A model generated the notes under the pieces. The model saw only the letters and a program-made list of their open reading frames with translations. It was not told the origin of the DNA and ran no database searches. Shown one piece after another: positions 32,336-43,449 of a stretch of 64,000 nucleotides of DNA. The position numbers were made by a program, and so were the translations under genes. Numbering within the stretch: the first letter of the stretch is position 1; the number at the start of each line of letters is the position of its first letter. The DNA is taken from NCBI GenBank assembly GCA_965240325.2, contig OZ251226.1, positions 3,286,001 to 3,350,000 on the forward strand. The letters are read 5' to 3'. This stretch comes from Rebecca billardiae RCC1528 (lineage: Eukaryota > Protista > Haptophyta).

Positions 32336-34873
32336 TCAATTTGGCGACGATGATAAAGCCGAAGGAAGACGACGCGCATCAGCTCGGACGTCGTCGGAGG
32401 AAGACGCCGACGAGTCAGCGTTGGGCCGCGCAAAGCCGAATAAGCCGAAGCCACCGGGCGGGCGCGGGAGGGGTGGAGGTGTCTCCATCGCCGCCATCGG
32501 CGTGCATGGCTGAGCCGTCGCTGCCTGCTTCGAGCTCTGCGCCACCCCGGCCTCGACGGACGGCGGCGAGCCAAAGACAAACAGTCGAGGGCGGGCCTCG
32601 GCGGCGGCGGGAGCACTCGCGGCCAGCGGCGCGGTGGCGGAGGTCGATGACGCCGGCGGCGGCGAGCCAAACACGAAGACGCGCGCGCTGCCCGCCGTCT
32701 CGGAGGGCGAGGGACCAGACGGCGGTGCGGCCGAGGAGCTCGCCGGCGGAGTCGCGACTTGTGGCGGCTCGAACACGAACGGCGGCGGAGCGTCAGCCTG
32801 CGGCGGGATGGGAATGCCGAGCTTGCGCATGCCGTCGAGCACGCACGGGTGGCACCAGCCGTCATCGGCTGCTGCACCACACTCGCGGCAGCGCCTCATG
32901 CCAGCGCGGGAGGCGCACTTGGGGCAGCGCATGCCTCCGTCGATGCCCTCGCAAAGGCCGTCCTCCACCTCCTCGCCGCAATCCTCGCACACGGGGTCCG
33001 AGTCCGAGGGCGTCGGCTTGGGGCGGCCCACCGTAGGCCGGAGGTGCGGAGGGCGCGGCCGGTGGAGTGCCGCGCGCGCGCGCGCAAAGCGCACCATTGG
33101 GTCGTTGTGGAAGGCGGCGCCTTGCGTGCGCTCCCACCAGTCGCGCACGCGCGCGATCGCGTCAATGTCGTCTTCGCTGGGCGCCCGCTCCCACCACGGC
33201 TCGTCGATGCGCCGGTCGGGCAGCTGCCTGGAGACGAGTTCACGACCCGGACCGCCCGGCAGCCAGCGCATCGAGAGCTCGCCGCTGCCGATCAGCGCGC
33301 CGTCCAGGCCGCGCAGCTCTAGCCGCGCGCCGTTCTGCAGCAGGTAGAAGAGGAAGGAGCCGCGCCGGTACCAGCCCTCGATGATGTGCCCGAGGCGGCC
33401 GTACTGGCCTCTCGGCTTCGCATGCATCGCGTGCCAGCCGAGCTCAGCGCACAGGTCCTCCAGCATCATGATGCGGACCTCAGTAGCCCGACCGTATGAG
33501 AGCGCGCCCCTCAGCTCGAGCGACACTCGGATCTCGCACCAGCCACGGAGGCGGTCATTGTTGACGAGGTCGTTGACGAACAATACTGCGCACCCCTTGT
33601 TGCGGTAAACATGCCGAGCGGTCAAGACCACGCCGCGCTCGTCGACGTACTCCCCCTCGAGGAGCAGCGGGAACGCGCCTCGGCCGAGGGGCGGCTGCTG
33701 CGCACTGCGAGCGCCGTCTGCGGGCCTCGCGCCGTTGCATGCGCCGCAGCGCGGAGCTGCGAGATCGTTGAGCAGCGTGCACGCCGGGCACGCCCACGTG
33801 CCCCCCGCCTGCTCCCGCCCGCACGCCGCCTCGCCGAGCGCCGGCACCTCGACCGCCGCCTGCTCGGCCAGCAGCGTGCCGCTCCAGCGCGGCCACGCGC
33901 CCACGTCCGCGCGGAACCAGCCGCACTTTGGGCAGCCGTTGTCCACGGTGGCCGCGCCGTGGCGCTCGCCGTGGTGGCGGGCGAGGTCGTCGCACGCGAA
34001 GTGGTCGATCGGCCCGAAGCCGCAGCCGCCGCACTGCCGCGCGTTCGGCATCTGCTGCCGCAGCTGCCGCGCCAGCAGCTGGTTGGCGACGCGCGCGCGC
34101 TGCCCCGCCTGCACGGCGGCGCGCATCGCGAGCGCGTGCTCGTGGAGGGCCTGCTGCGCGTCGGCGTACACCTCGTCGTCGCGCACGCGCGCGCGCGCGC
34201 GCAGGTACTGCGCGAAGAGCGCCTCGTCCCCGTCGCAGTGCCGCGCGACCGTGAGGTCGTCGAAGGGCTCCGAGACGCAGCCGCACGCGCGCTGCGCGTC
34301 GGCCGGCTCGGACAGCTCGCCGCCCAGCACCTCGTCGAGCTCGGCGAAGAGGGCGGACGGCTCGTACGCGCGCCCGGCCGTCGGGCGGCGTCCCCACCGC
34401 GCGAGGTCGAGAGTGAACGGGCAGAGCACGCGCCCGCCGCGCGCGGCGAGCTGCTCGAAGGGCATCTCGTCCGAGCTCACGCGCCGCACCTCGCGCGCAA
34501 AGCACGTGGTGCACAGCAGGTGGCGCGCGACCGAGCTCTTGCACTGGACGCCGCAAGCCGTCGGCTCGGGCACCTCCTCCGCGCACAGATCGCAGATGGG
34601 CGGGGTCGGGGCGTCGCCGACTGCGCTGCCCTCGTCAGCGCGTGCGAGCACGCGACGCGCGCGGTCGACAGCGGTCGAATCGGCCACTGCAGCGAGCTCC
34701 TCGACGGCGGCGCGCAGGAGCTCCTGGCACATCGGCGTGTCTGGCTGTGCACGCCTGACGCCATCTGCGAGCGCAGTGAGCACGAGCGTCGCCGCGTGTG
34801 CCGGCGAGACGAGCTCGCCAAGGGAGATACAGCCATCTCCCTTGAGCTCGCCGACGTCGTCGTCGCGCAGCAT
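32336..34873 (-). CDS. RBR-like RING/Rcat + RanBP2-type (NZF) zinc-finger protein with further Cys clusters and an FVFG-repeat tail
   Basis: CDLC..C..HLLCTTC..CP; QCGGCGFGPIDHFACDDL..H..CPKC; WACPACTLLN..RCGAC; FVFEPP, FVFGSPP x2, FGLFGF. Confidence 0.75.
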   Translation of the reverse strand: MLRDDDVGELKGDGCISLGELVSPAHAATLVLTALADGVRRAQPDTPMCQELLRAAVEELAAVADSTAVDRARRVLARADEGSAVGDAPTPPICDLCAEEVPEPTACGVQCKSSVARHLLCTTCFAREVRRVSSDEMPFEQLAARGGRVLCPFTLDLARWGRRPTAGRAYEPSALFAELDEVLGGELSEPADAQRACGCVSEPFDDLTVARHCDGDEALFAQYLRARARVRDDEVYADAQQALHEHALAMRAAVQAGQRARVANQLLARQLRQQMPNARQCGGCGFGPIDHFACDDLARHHGERHGAATVDNGCPKCGWFRADVGAWPRWSGTLLAEQAAVEVPALGEAACGREQAGGTWACPACTLLNDLAAPRCGACNGARPADGARSAQQPPLGRGAFPLLLEGEYVDERGVVLTARHVYRNKGCAVLFVNDLVNNDRLRGWCEIRVSLELRGALSYGRATEVRIMMLEDLCAELGWHAMHAKPRGQYGRLGHIIEGWYRRGSFLFYLLQNGARLELRGLDGALIGSGELSMRWLPGGPGRELVSRQLPDRRIDEPWWERAPSEDDIDAIARVRDWWERTQGAAFHNDPMVRFARARAALHRPRPPHLRPTVGRPKPTPSDSDPVCEDCGEEVEDGLCEGIDGGMRCPKCASRAGMRRCRECGAAADDGWCHPCVLDGMRKLGIPIPPQADAPPPFVFEPPQVATPPASSSAAPPSGPSPSETAGSARVFVFGSPPPASSTSATAPLAASAPAAAEARPRLFVFGSPPSVEAGVAQSSKQAATAQPCTPMAAMETPPPLPRPPGGFGLFGFARPNADSSASSSDDVRADARRLPSALSSSPN

Positions 34874-35065
34874 GTTCAATTTGGCGCGCAGTCGACCTTG
34901 ACGGGTGAGCAAGCGCAGTGCTGAACGGTGCTGAACAACGGTTCCGCGGCAAACCGGCGATCCAGATGACCAGAATGATCTGGAGCGGTTCAAACAAGGG
35001 AGGTCCGGGCCGGGAGCTCCCAGCGAGCGGCCAGCGCGACATCACTCCGAACTTTTCCCTGAGCG

Positions 35066-37313
35066 CCCTACTCGGGCCGGGGGTTTGGCGGTAGCGAAGT
35101 TTGTCACTTTGACAGAATGTTTCAGCTTCGTCAGCGTGCGCTATTTTGAGCGCGCGCCTATGAAGGCAGCTGCTATTCAAAGGCGAGTCGCCTATGAAGC
35201 CGGCTCCTATGTGCGAATACCTTACAGGTACTTGGGAGCTGGCGCTCATAGGGCTTCACCGGCCGCGAGGCTGCGCCATGCCGCCCATCTGCACGTCGCC
35301 GAATCGGCCGCAAATCGGATGCGAGAGGCGAGGCGGAGGACGGCAGACATTCGCCATGAGCGTGGTGTCGATCCTTGTTGCGTGCGCCACCGTCGTGCTT
35401 GCTCCCGCCGCCGGGAAGCAGGCGCGCAAGCTGCCGTCCACGCAGGAGGACAATTCCTATCGTTCAAAGCATGCGCCGAGCTCTCAATCCAAGTACATGG
35501 CGGTTGGGCGACCCTCTCGCCGTTCGTGGACGCTGCCATACCGTACTGCGCGAACTCTTGCTGCTACCTGCTCCGCCCAGCTGGCACGAAGGTGGGGCGC
35601 GAGGCGTTCTACTGGCAGACGTCTGGCAGTAGACACCCTGACCTCGCAGCTGATGCTTCCCTCAGTGTGCTGTCCCAGTTGACAGACATGTCGTGGCTTG
35701 CGTCTCGGGGGCAGGTATTCATCTACCGTAGCGCTTCGCCGAGCTACGCCCTGCGCAAGCCGCCTCAGTGAGCGCCGCTCTGAAAGCCTCACCGACCTCT
35801 GCGTTCTATCGCGTGCCGTCTCACGCGTGATGCGGTTGAGCTGCCGTTGCACGCGGCGTGTGGCTCGAGCTCGCGCGGGGCTTGGCGACGCACACGTACG
35901 TGCGGAAAGCCGCATTGCTCTCGGCCTACGCCGCGCGCGTCCGCGCGATGGGCGCGGGCACGCTCACCGGTCAGCGCGCGCATGAGCTGCGCGCACTGAT
36001 CGCCGGTGAGCTCAGAGCTGCGCGCGCTGCCGGCAGTCATCCCTGCGAGTGCTGCGGGGCGAAGCGGCGGGCGAGGCGCCAGCAGGAAAGCTCGCAATCT
36101 TCGACTCAGCGTTCGTCATGCTGCCCCCGCTGCCACCTGACGCGATTGGCCTGCAGCTGAGGGCGCCAAGGCGACGCTGCGCCCGCTCCTAGGGGCAACC
36201 GGCGGCTGAGGACGAGTCGAGCGATGCAGTTTGACTATGAGCTGACCGTTGACGATGATGCTACGCGTACTACTACGACTGATGACGATTTTGACGCGCT
36301 GCTGGTCTCGGCGGTCATCAGCTGAGCCTGCGAGTGAGACTTGTTTCTCTCAATGCTGCCATCCGCCGCCGGATATGTGACTACATGTGAGCCCACGATT
36401 ATCACTTGAGCTCGGCGCCAGTCCCGATCGAAAGCAGCCTGAGCCTGAGGCCCCGGGCCCGGACGGGCAGACAGTCTGACAAGCTGCAGACGACTCGACG
36501 ATCAGCTGCAGAAAGATGATCACGGCGACATGATGATGATGGGCGCAGTCGCGGAAGGCCCACCTGCCACGGCCTACTTCAGGATGCGCAAAGGGGTGGT
36601 CAACATTAGATATCTGCTAAGGTGACAGGAGCTGTAGCCGCGGGCCGCAGCAGCGACGCGCAGCGCGCATGCATGCACACGCGCCTGACAGATGCTCCGG
36701 GCACGAATGATTGCCCTCAGCTCGACCCAGACGAGTTGAAGCATGGCAGAGTGGCGCCGTGCACACGTTCACATCGATGGCCTTGCGACCATACAGTCTT
36801 GCCTTGTACGCCCGCGAGGTCAAACCACAGCTGTGGCTTTGGATCAGGTCCGCCGAGCACCACCGCGGTACAGGCCCAAGCCTTGGCAGTGCGAGCAGTC
36901 CTCTTGAGTTCGGCGATCTGGAAAGCCTGCATCACCTGGCCCACAGCGCGCAGCATCGCGAAGCTGTGGGCCAGATTGATCCCCGCGCGAACAAGACCAA
37001 GAGCAATGCTCGCTACGTGTGAGCAGGTGCTGATTCTCCTACTGTACGGCACCCGCTCGGGAACTTGTGCCCCGGTCTCGACATCCGGGTATCGCCCGGA
37101 TCATGGGCCGGGGCATTGGCCGCCGCGCCGCCCGTCCCATCAACGCAACAATCGCAGCTGCGGCCTGCTGCACCTCCGGTCCCGCGTCCTCCCCCGGCGC
37201 GGCCATCACGTTGTGCGGCATGGGGATCGCGTCCGCAGTCCCGCGATTTTCCGAAAAACCGGCGGCCGATTTTTCGGAAAATCCTTACCACCAAACCCCC
37301 GGCCCGAGTAGGG
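35066..37313. mobile_element. Nested non-autonomous CMC/EnSpm-like element with captured gene fragments
   Basis: 28-bp TIR CCCTACTCGGGCCGGGGGTTTGG(C/T)GGTA; flanked by CG on both sides (possible 2-bp TSD); splits the left arm of the host MITE. Confidence 0.75.
35357..36160 (+). pseudogene. Frameshifted gene fragment with a signal-peptide-like start (cargo of the nested element)
   Basis: MSVVSILVACATVVLAPAAG, followed by protein-like segments in shifting frames; no family recognised. Confidence 0.4.
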
Positions 37314-38483
37314 CGGCGGCGGCGGCGAGGGCGAGTGCTCCCCTGGCGGGGCGCGCACGGGGCACGGCGCAGCGGGCGCGGATGTGCCCGCAGAGCCGGC
37401 GCGTGCGGACGGGCTGTTGCGGGAGAGCATCTGGCGACCTCCTGCGCCGCGCGTCTTGCGCCACGCCTCTTTCGCCTCGGCTCGGGGCAGCGCGCACGTG
37501 CGCGCCGCCTCAAGGCCAGCCTTGCCGCGCCGCAGCCGGCCGCACGCGCGCCGTGCGCGGCGCGGTCGGGAAGGAACGGGCGCTGCTGCCGGGCGAGATG
37601 GCGACACCATACGCGCACGCCATGCCGCCCCGCCACGCCTTGACGACCGTGTCGTCGGTCCGTTTGCATGCCTCTTTGACTTGTCACAAATGGCGTGCAC
37701 GGCCTCGCGGTCGTGACCCTTGTCGGGACGATCATTGAGACGCAGAACAGTGCCAGACGGGCGCGCGGGCTACTCCAGTGCGTGGATGTTCATCACTGCG
37801 TGGTCATGTAGAAGTGCGGAATGCGACGCTTTCCTCTCGCTGGTGCTCTTTCATCATCTTCTTCGAGCTCAGGTCTGGCTTGGCACTGATTCAAGCGATC
37901 AGCACTCGTCAACAGCTGTGCAGATCTATTGCCGTGCCCTGTCGCGGCATCGCGGGGCGGCATGGCGTGCGCGTATGGTGTCGCCATCTCGCCCGGCAGC
38001 AGCGCCCGTTCCTTCCCGACCGCGCCGCGCACGGCGCGCGCGCGGCCGGCTGCGGCGCGGCAAGGCTGGCCTTGAGGCGGCGCGCACGTGCGCGCTGCCC
38101 CGAGCCGAGGCGAAAGAGGCGTGGCGCAAGACGCGCGGCGCAGGAGGTCGCCAGATGCTCTCCCGCAACAGCCCGTCCGCACGCGCCGGCTCTGCGGGCA
38201 CATCCGCGCCCGCTGCGCCGTGCCCCGTGCGCGCCCCGCCAGCGGAGCACTCGCCCTCGCCGCCGCCGCCGCCGCCCGGCGCTCAGGGAAAACTTCGGAG
38301 TGATGTCGCGCTGGCCGCTCGCTGGGAGCTCCCGGCCCGGACCTCCCTTGGTTCAAAGTTCAAACATCAACGCGACCGGACTGTCATTGCCGACTCAGAC
38401 TGTCATTGCCGGACTGCCTGTGCCTCGGCGGCCAGCACCACGCCCGGCCGGCGCGCGGCTTGTTCGAGCGACGCGGCGTCATC

Positions 38484-39317
38484 ATGCCATCACTGAGCGC
38501 GCTCCTGTTGCTTGCCTCTTCGGGCATGGGCACGAGGCCCACGCTGGGTTCGATGCCTCGAGTTGTGCGCATCGCTGCGACACCGACCGCTCTTCTCGTC
38601 ATTGGCTCAGCGCCGCGCGCCGCAGCAGCGGCCGCGGCTGCACACGTGCCAGCTCTCGTGGACTGCACGAATGGAGCCGTGTCCCTGATGAACAACGTGC
38701 GCATCCCAGCGACGCTGCTGGCGAGCGCTGCAGTCGGCTCGCTCTTCGTCGGCTTCGACTCGCCGCGAGGTCGCAGCCCTCTGCCTCGGCTCATTCACAC
38801 CCTGCTGGTCACGGTGGCGTTGTCGCTCGAGTTCTCCGCTGTGTTCATCGCGACCTCGACTTCAGTCCGCCTGCTGGCTGGCCACTACAACCCCATGGCG
38901 AGCGACGTGGTGAGCATGCTCCGCCGTGAGTTCGAGGTGCACTACCTCGGCGTGCGCCTGCACTTCTTCACGGGCTTGATCTCCTTCATGGCATCACTCG
39001 CGCTGCGTGCATGGGCGTCGCTGCCTCGCGACATTGGCCTGGGCCCGTCGCTGATCCTGGTGGCGACATGCTTGCACCTCGTCCAGCAGTTCAACGCGAC
39101 GGTGCATTACTACGCAGGCTTCTTTCACATGTGGGCCAGGTTCCTCTACCTGTACGGCATGCAGATGGTGACAAAGAAGTCTGCGGCGGGGATCGCCTCC
39201 GTCGCATTTGCCGCTGCCGGGCTCATCGCCATCGTGCGGACCATTTTGTTCGAGTTAGCGCGACGAAGCACTGCGGCTGCGGCGGCTGACGACAGTACCA
39301 TTAGCAAGCAGCAGTGA
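38484..39317 (+). CDS. Membrane protein of unknown function with a signal/transit-like leader
   Basis: MPSLSALLLLAS leader; 5-6 hydrophobic helices; NVRIPATLLA and LRREFEVHYLGVRLHFFTG. Confidence 0.7.
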   Translation: MPSLSALLLLASSGMGTRPTLGSMPRVVRIAATPTALLVIGSAPRAAAAAAAAHVPALVDCTNGAVSLMNNVRIPATLLASAAVGSLFVGFDSPRGRSPLPRLIHTLLVTVALSLEFSAVFIATSTSVRLLAGHYNPMASDVVSMLRREFEVHYLGVRLHFFTGLISFMASLALRAWASLPRDIGLGPSLILVATCLHLVQQFNATVHYYAGFFHMWARFLYLYGMQMVTKKSAAGIASVAFAAAGLIAIVRTILFELARRSTAAAAADDSTISKQQ

Positions 39318-39688
39318 CGATGCGGTTTCATTGCTGATGCCGACTGATGCTGAGGTGCTATACTGTGACGCCGGGCTCCGCAGCTCGTCCGCGCGGTCCG
39401 CGCCCCGGACGGCCCCGGACACGGCCCGCGCGGCCGGGCCGGCGGGCCGCGGGCGCGGCCGCGCGGCGCGCCGCGCGGGCCGCCCGGGTCACTCACTTTA
39501 TTGACGACGACTCGATCCCCGGCCCCCAGCAGCTCCATGCTAGCTCCAACTCACTCGGCCGACTCGCCGGCGGCCGCCGGGTCCGCGGGTCGGGCTCGGG
39601 GTACCCCGTGTCGCGCGGAGTCGGGAGTAACTACGTCTACTGCTACTGAGATACAGCAGCGCAGACTGAGGCTTCACTAAATCACGAC

Positions 39689-41160
39689 TGTTAGACTGAA
39701 GAAGAAGCGTGGGTGCTCCCTACCGCGCGTGTGGGCGATAGGTCCACCGGAAGCGACCAGGCGGGGCTAGGACCGCCCCGAAGGGGCGAGGCAGACGGGA
39801 TCACATGACGGATGAAGGGTGGCGGGCAGCCCCAAACCCAGGGTTTGGGGCTCCGGACTGGCCGAGATAGTGTCGCCTCGTGCCTCCGCCGGTACGTACG
39901 GGTAGATGTGGAAACTTACCCGCGACTCCTGTGGAACGGTGTCACCGAGGACTGGTGCCCAGTCTGACACTCCTCCTCACCGACCACAGCGAGGTGCGGT
40001 GCCTGAGTGCGCGTGCGCGTGTGCGTAAGTGTGACGGTGGGCGCGTAAGGCGAGCGTGCGTGTGCGTGCCCGACTGTCTAGCTGCCAAGCTGTCCGGAAG
40101 CTGCGAATCGCAGCAGCGATCGAGGGACGTCTGGAGTTGCTCGCGAATCCGTCCGAGCAGTCGTACTCCAGTGAATGGACGCCTGCCGAGCTGGCTGACC
40201 AGGCTCGGGCTCGGCTTGGGCGTCGACGGGGGCGTGGTGCCCCAGGCAGTTGATCGAGTGATCGTGTGGTCGTGCCAGCTGCTGTGGACTTACCGAGATC
40301 CACCTGCCTGCTCCTCCTCGATGGGTCGCGTCGACGGCGACGGTGCACCACCGCGTGTGGGCTGGTGCAATGGGACATGGACTGGTCTCACGCGTAGAAC
40401 CTTGTGTCGGCTTCGGCCGCAGAATGACGCTGCCTCGCAACCGCGTGTCACGAAGAAGCTGCACATAGCGAGCGCGGAGATGATCGAGCGGCGCGCGGTG
40501 TCGATCGACATGATCGTATCCGCCGTCGCCTAGTGAACGCGTAGATCGCGCCTCATCTCCTCCTTGCGAGCTGCTCGGCCATCTTGGCGGTCGAGGGCTG
40601 CATTCATGAAGTCAATCGACTTGGTGTCGAGACTCCTCCTGCATCTGAGCAGGGCGTGCGACTCGGCGCACGATGACGACGCGAATGTCGCCGGAATGAG
40701 GTACGTCAGCACCTCCTCCTTGAAGGCTGCCGCGGTTGGGCTAGCCTGCCTTGGACCATCCGACTCGGATGTGAATCGTCTCGCGAGCTCGCAACGCGCG
40801 ATGCGCGCGAGCGCGTTCCTTGCGCCAGCGAGGTCGGATCCGGTAACGAGCGCGTCTCGTTGCTGACTCCGATACCATGTTAGACTGAAGAAGAAGCGTG
40901 GGTGCTCCCTACGCGCGTGTGGGCGATAGGTCCACCGGAAGCGACCAGGCGGGGCTAGGACCGCCCCGAAGGGGCGAGGCAGACGGGATCACATCATCGG
41001 ATAAAGGGTCGGGCAGCCCCAAACCCAGGGTTTGGGGCTCCGCGGACTGGCCGTGAGATAGTGTCGCCTCGTGCCTCCGCCGGTACGTACGGGTAGACGT
41101 GGAAACTTACCCGCGACTCCTGTGGAACGGTGTCACCGAGGACTGGTGCCCAGTCTGACA
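39689..41160 (-). mobile_element. Small non-autonomous LTR retroelement (TRIM-like)
   Basis: LTRs 39689-39969 and 40878-41160 (TG...CA); 5-bp TSD ACGAC; PBS TGGTATCGGAG (initiator-Met type) and PPT GGTGAGGAGGAG on the minus strand; 908-bp interior without pol. Confidence 0.92.
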
Positions 41161-41400
41161 ACGACTTCGGAGCTAACAGTGACAGTGTCACTCATCTTGG
41201 ACTGCTTGGCATAGCCGACTATTACTTAGTCTCAGACTACTAGCTATAGTAGCAGCAGTCGTAGTCGTTGGCATTGATGATGACGTCTTATATTGGCCCC
41301 GTGTGAGGCCCGTCGGTCCGTGAGCCCGCAGGGATCCGGCGGCGTCGCATGACGATGGGCTACTACGAAGTGCCGCCACTCTCACCGCTGCTGCCGTTGA

Positions 41401-43251
41401 TCAAGGCGCGGCAGCGTGTGCGGCCGGCAGGCCTCCGACTCGCCGCCTGCGCATGTAGCGCAGCACGCCGACGTGGGCAGCGCCCCGCTGGTGCGGCATG
41501 CGCGAGCGCACCGCCGGCATGGCGTGTGCGCCGCCGTCCTCGCGCTGCGCGCTCGCGTACACCTCGCGCAGCTGCCGCGCCGCCGACTCGGCGCCCGTGC
41601 GCTCGGCGCCGCGCGTGCGCGCCAGGCCGACGTCGCCCAGCGGGTCGGTCGGGTGCTGCACGTAGCACAGGTTGTCGCGCGGCTCCGCGCGCACGAGCGG
41701 CTGCTCGCCTCGGCGCAGCTTGAACTCGTCGTAGGCCGTCTGCGCGGCGAGCACGCTGCCGTGCATGTACCCGCCCAGCCGGTCGCACGAGTGCTCGCCC
41801 ACCCACAGCGCCGAGCCGTTCGCGCCGAACGGCCGGCTGAGCTCCGCCTCCCGCTCGAAGCCGTCGGTCGAGGGCGCGCCGTTCAGGTAGGTGCCGCGGA
41901 ACCACTCGTTCGAGCGCCACCGGGCGACGCGCACGTGCAGCGGCGCGCGCACCGCGCGGCGGCCAAAGACGGCGCGGAGGTCGCGCAGCAGCGTGTCCGC
42001 GACGGCGTCATCGCTCATCGCCTCGAGCCGGTCCGAGACCGGGCTGACCACCGTCGCGCACAGCAGCGGCGCGCCTGTGCGGCCGCGCTCGTGCGGCAGC
42101 AGCCGGCCCACGGCCTGCCAGACCGCGCCGCCTCGGCCCGAGGCGCTCATCACGTGCGCGAACTGCTCGGCGCCCCAGAAGCGGCGGTCGAAGAGGAAGT
42201 ACACCTTCATGTACAGCGGGTAGCTCAGCGAGGCGAGCGCCGCCAGCCGCGCGCCGCCCAGCCGCGGGCTGAACGCGTCGCCGCCCTCCTTGGCCGCGTT
42301 CCACTGGTGCACCGCGAGCGAGCGCGTGTCAAACAGCGCGGCGTACGAGTACGTGCTGCCGTTGCGCAGCGTGAGCGTGCGGCGCTCGGTGTCGACGTGG
42401 TCGACGGGGGAGGTGTAGCTCAGCCGTGCCGACGCGCGGCCGGGCCCGGGCCCGTCCGGCTGCGCGGTGAGGTGCATGTCCAGCCAGCAGCCCACCAGCT
42501 CCTCCGAGCCGCGCCCGTCCACGATCAGCCGGTCCTCCTCGGTGTGGGGCGGCTCGTACGTGGACTGCGGCGCGTTGTACAGCAGGCCGGTGGCCGTGGC
42601 TGACTCGGCGTACTCGAAGTCCACCTCCGCGCTCTGCACGAGCCACTCCTCCTCCGTGCTCGCGTACCAGCCGCACAGCCTGAGCGCGGCGCGCAGCGAG
42701 AGGTCGGGCGCGTCCGCGGAGAGCAGCGAGGCGCCGAGCCGGCCCACGCACGCCCACGCGGCGTCCCACGCGGCGTAGGGCACGCGCGCGGGCTCGCCCG
42801 TGGAGAGGTAGTCCTCCCACGACTCCCAGTCCTGCCGCCGCGTGCGCACGCCGCACGCCTCGATGCGCTCGGTCAGCGGGTGCCACGGGCCGCCGCCCTG
42901 CTGCCAGCCCGCGCCGCGCGGCACGTGCACGCCGCCCACGTCCGTGCGCTGCGCGCGGCCGCCGTAGGTGGAGCGCGCCTCGAAGGCCACAAAGTCCTTG
43001 CCGTCGCGCGCGAGGAGCGCCGCCAGCTCCGCGCCGCCGAAGCCGAGGCCGATCACGATCACGTCGAAGTGGCGCGCGGGCTGCAGCGCCGACGCGTCGC
43101 GCACGACAAAGCGCGGCGGCGGTGCCCGCGCAGCCGCCGGCGCAGAAGGGGCGATGTCGCCGCCCCACGTGCGCATCGCACCAAGCACCACGAACAGCGC
43201 GCCCCCGACGAGCGCGCACACTCGGCCGAGTCGGGCCCACGCGGCGACCAT
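41401..43251 (-). CDS. Flavin-containing amine oxidase (polyamine oxidase-like), N-terminal anchor
   Basis: DVIVIGLGFGG, FEARSTYGGR, GAGW, YMKVYFLFDRRFW, RWRSNEWFRGTY, GEHS...GYMHG. Confidence 0.85.
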   Translation of the reverse strand: MVAAWARLGRVCALVGGALFVVLGAMRTWGGDIAPSAPAAARAPPPRFVVRDASALQPARHFDVIVIGLGFGGAELAALLARDGKDFVAFEARSTYGGRAQRTDVGGVHVPRGAGWQQGGGPWHPLTERIEACGVRTRRQDWESWEDYLSTGEPARVPYAAWDAAWACVGRLGASLLSADAPDLSLRAALRLCGWYASTEEEWLVQSAEVDFEYAESATATGLLYNAPQSTYEPPHTEEDRLIVDGRGSEELVGCWLDMHLTAQPDGPGPGRASARLSYTSPVDHVDTERRTLTLRNGSTYSYAALFDTRSLAVHQWNAAKEGGDAFSPRLGGARLAALASLSYPLYMKVYFLFDRRFWGAEQFAHVMSASGRGGAVWQAVGRLLPHERGRTGAPLLCATVVSPVSDRLEAMSDDAVADTLLRDLRAVFGRRAVRAPLHVRVARWRSNEWFRGTYLNGAPSTDGFEREAELSRPFGANGSALWVGEHSCDRLGGYMHGSVLAAQTAYDEFKLRRGEQPLVRAEPRDNLCYVQHPTDPLGDVGLARTRGAERTGAESAARQLREVYASAQREDGGAHAMPAVRSRMPHQRGAAHVGVLRYMRRRRVGGLPAAHAAAP

Positions 43252-43449
43252 CGGGACCGTCCACGGCCGCCGTCGTCGAAAAGTCGTCCACCGATCGATG
43301 ATGAAAAGTGAAAACCGACTTCCTATCTACGAAGATTCGGACGCAAAATCGCAATAAATCTTTCGCCGCCGCAGCAGGTTTGGTGCAACACGCCGCACAC
43401 ACACCGGGCCCGGGCGGCTTGATGGGCGCGAAGTGAGCCCGTCTGACTC

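Larger units (their letters stand above)
34995..38350. mobile_element. P-like MITE, subfamily B, interrupted by a nested element
   Basis: Same CAAGGGAGGTCCGGG TIRs; TSD GTTCAAA at 34988 and 38351 (extra copy at 38358); central region reversed relative to the 27-28 kb copies. Confidence 0.9.
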
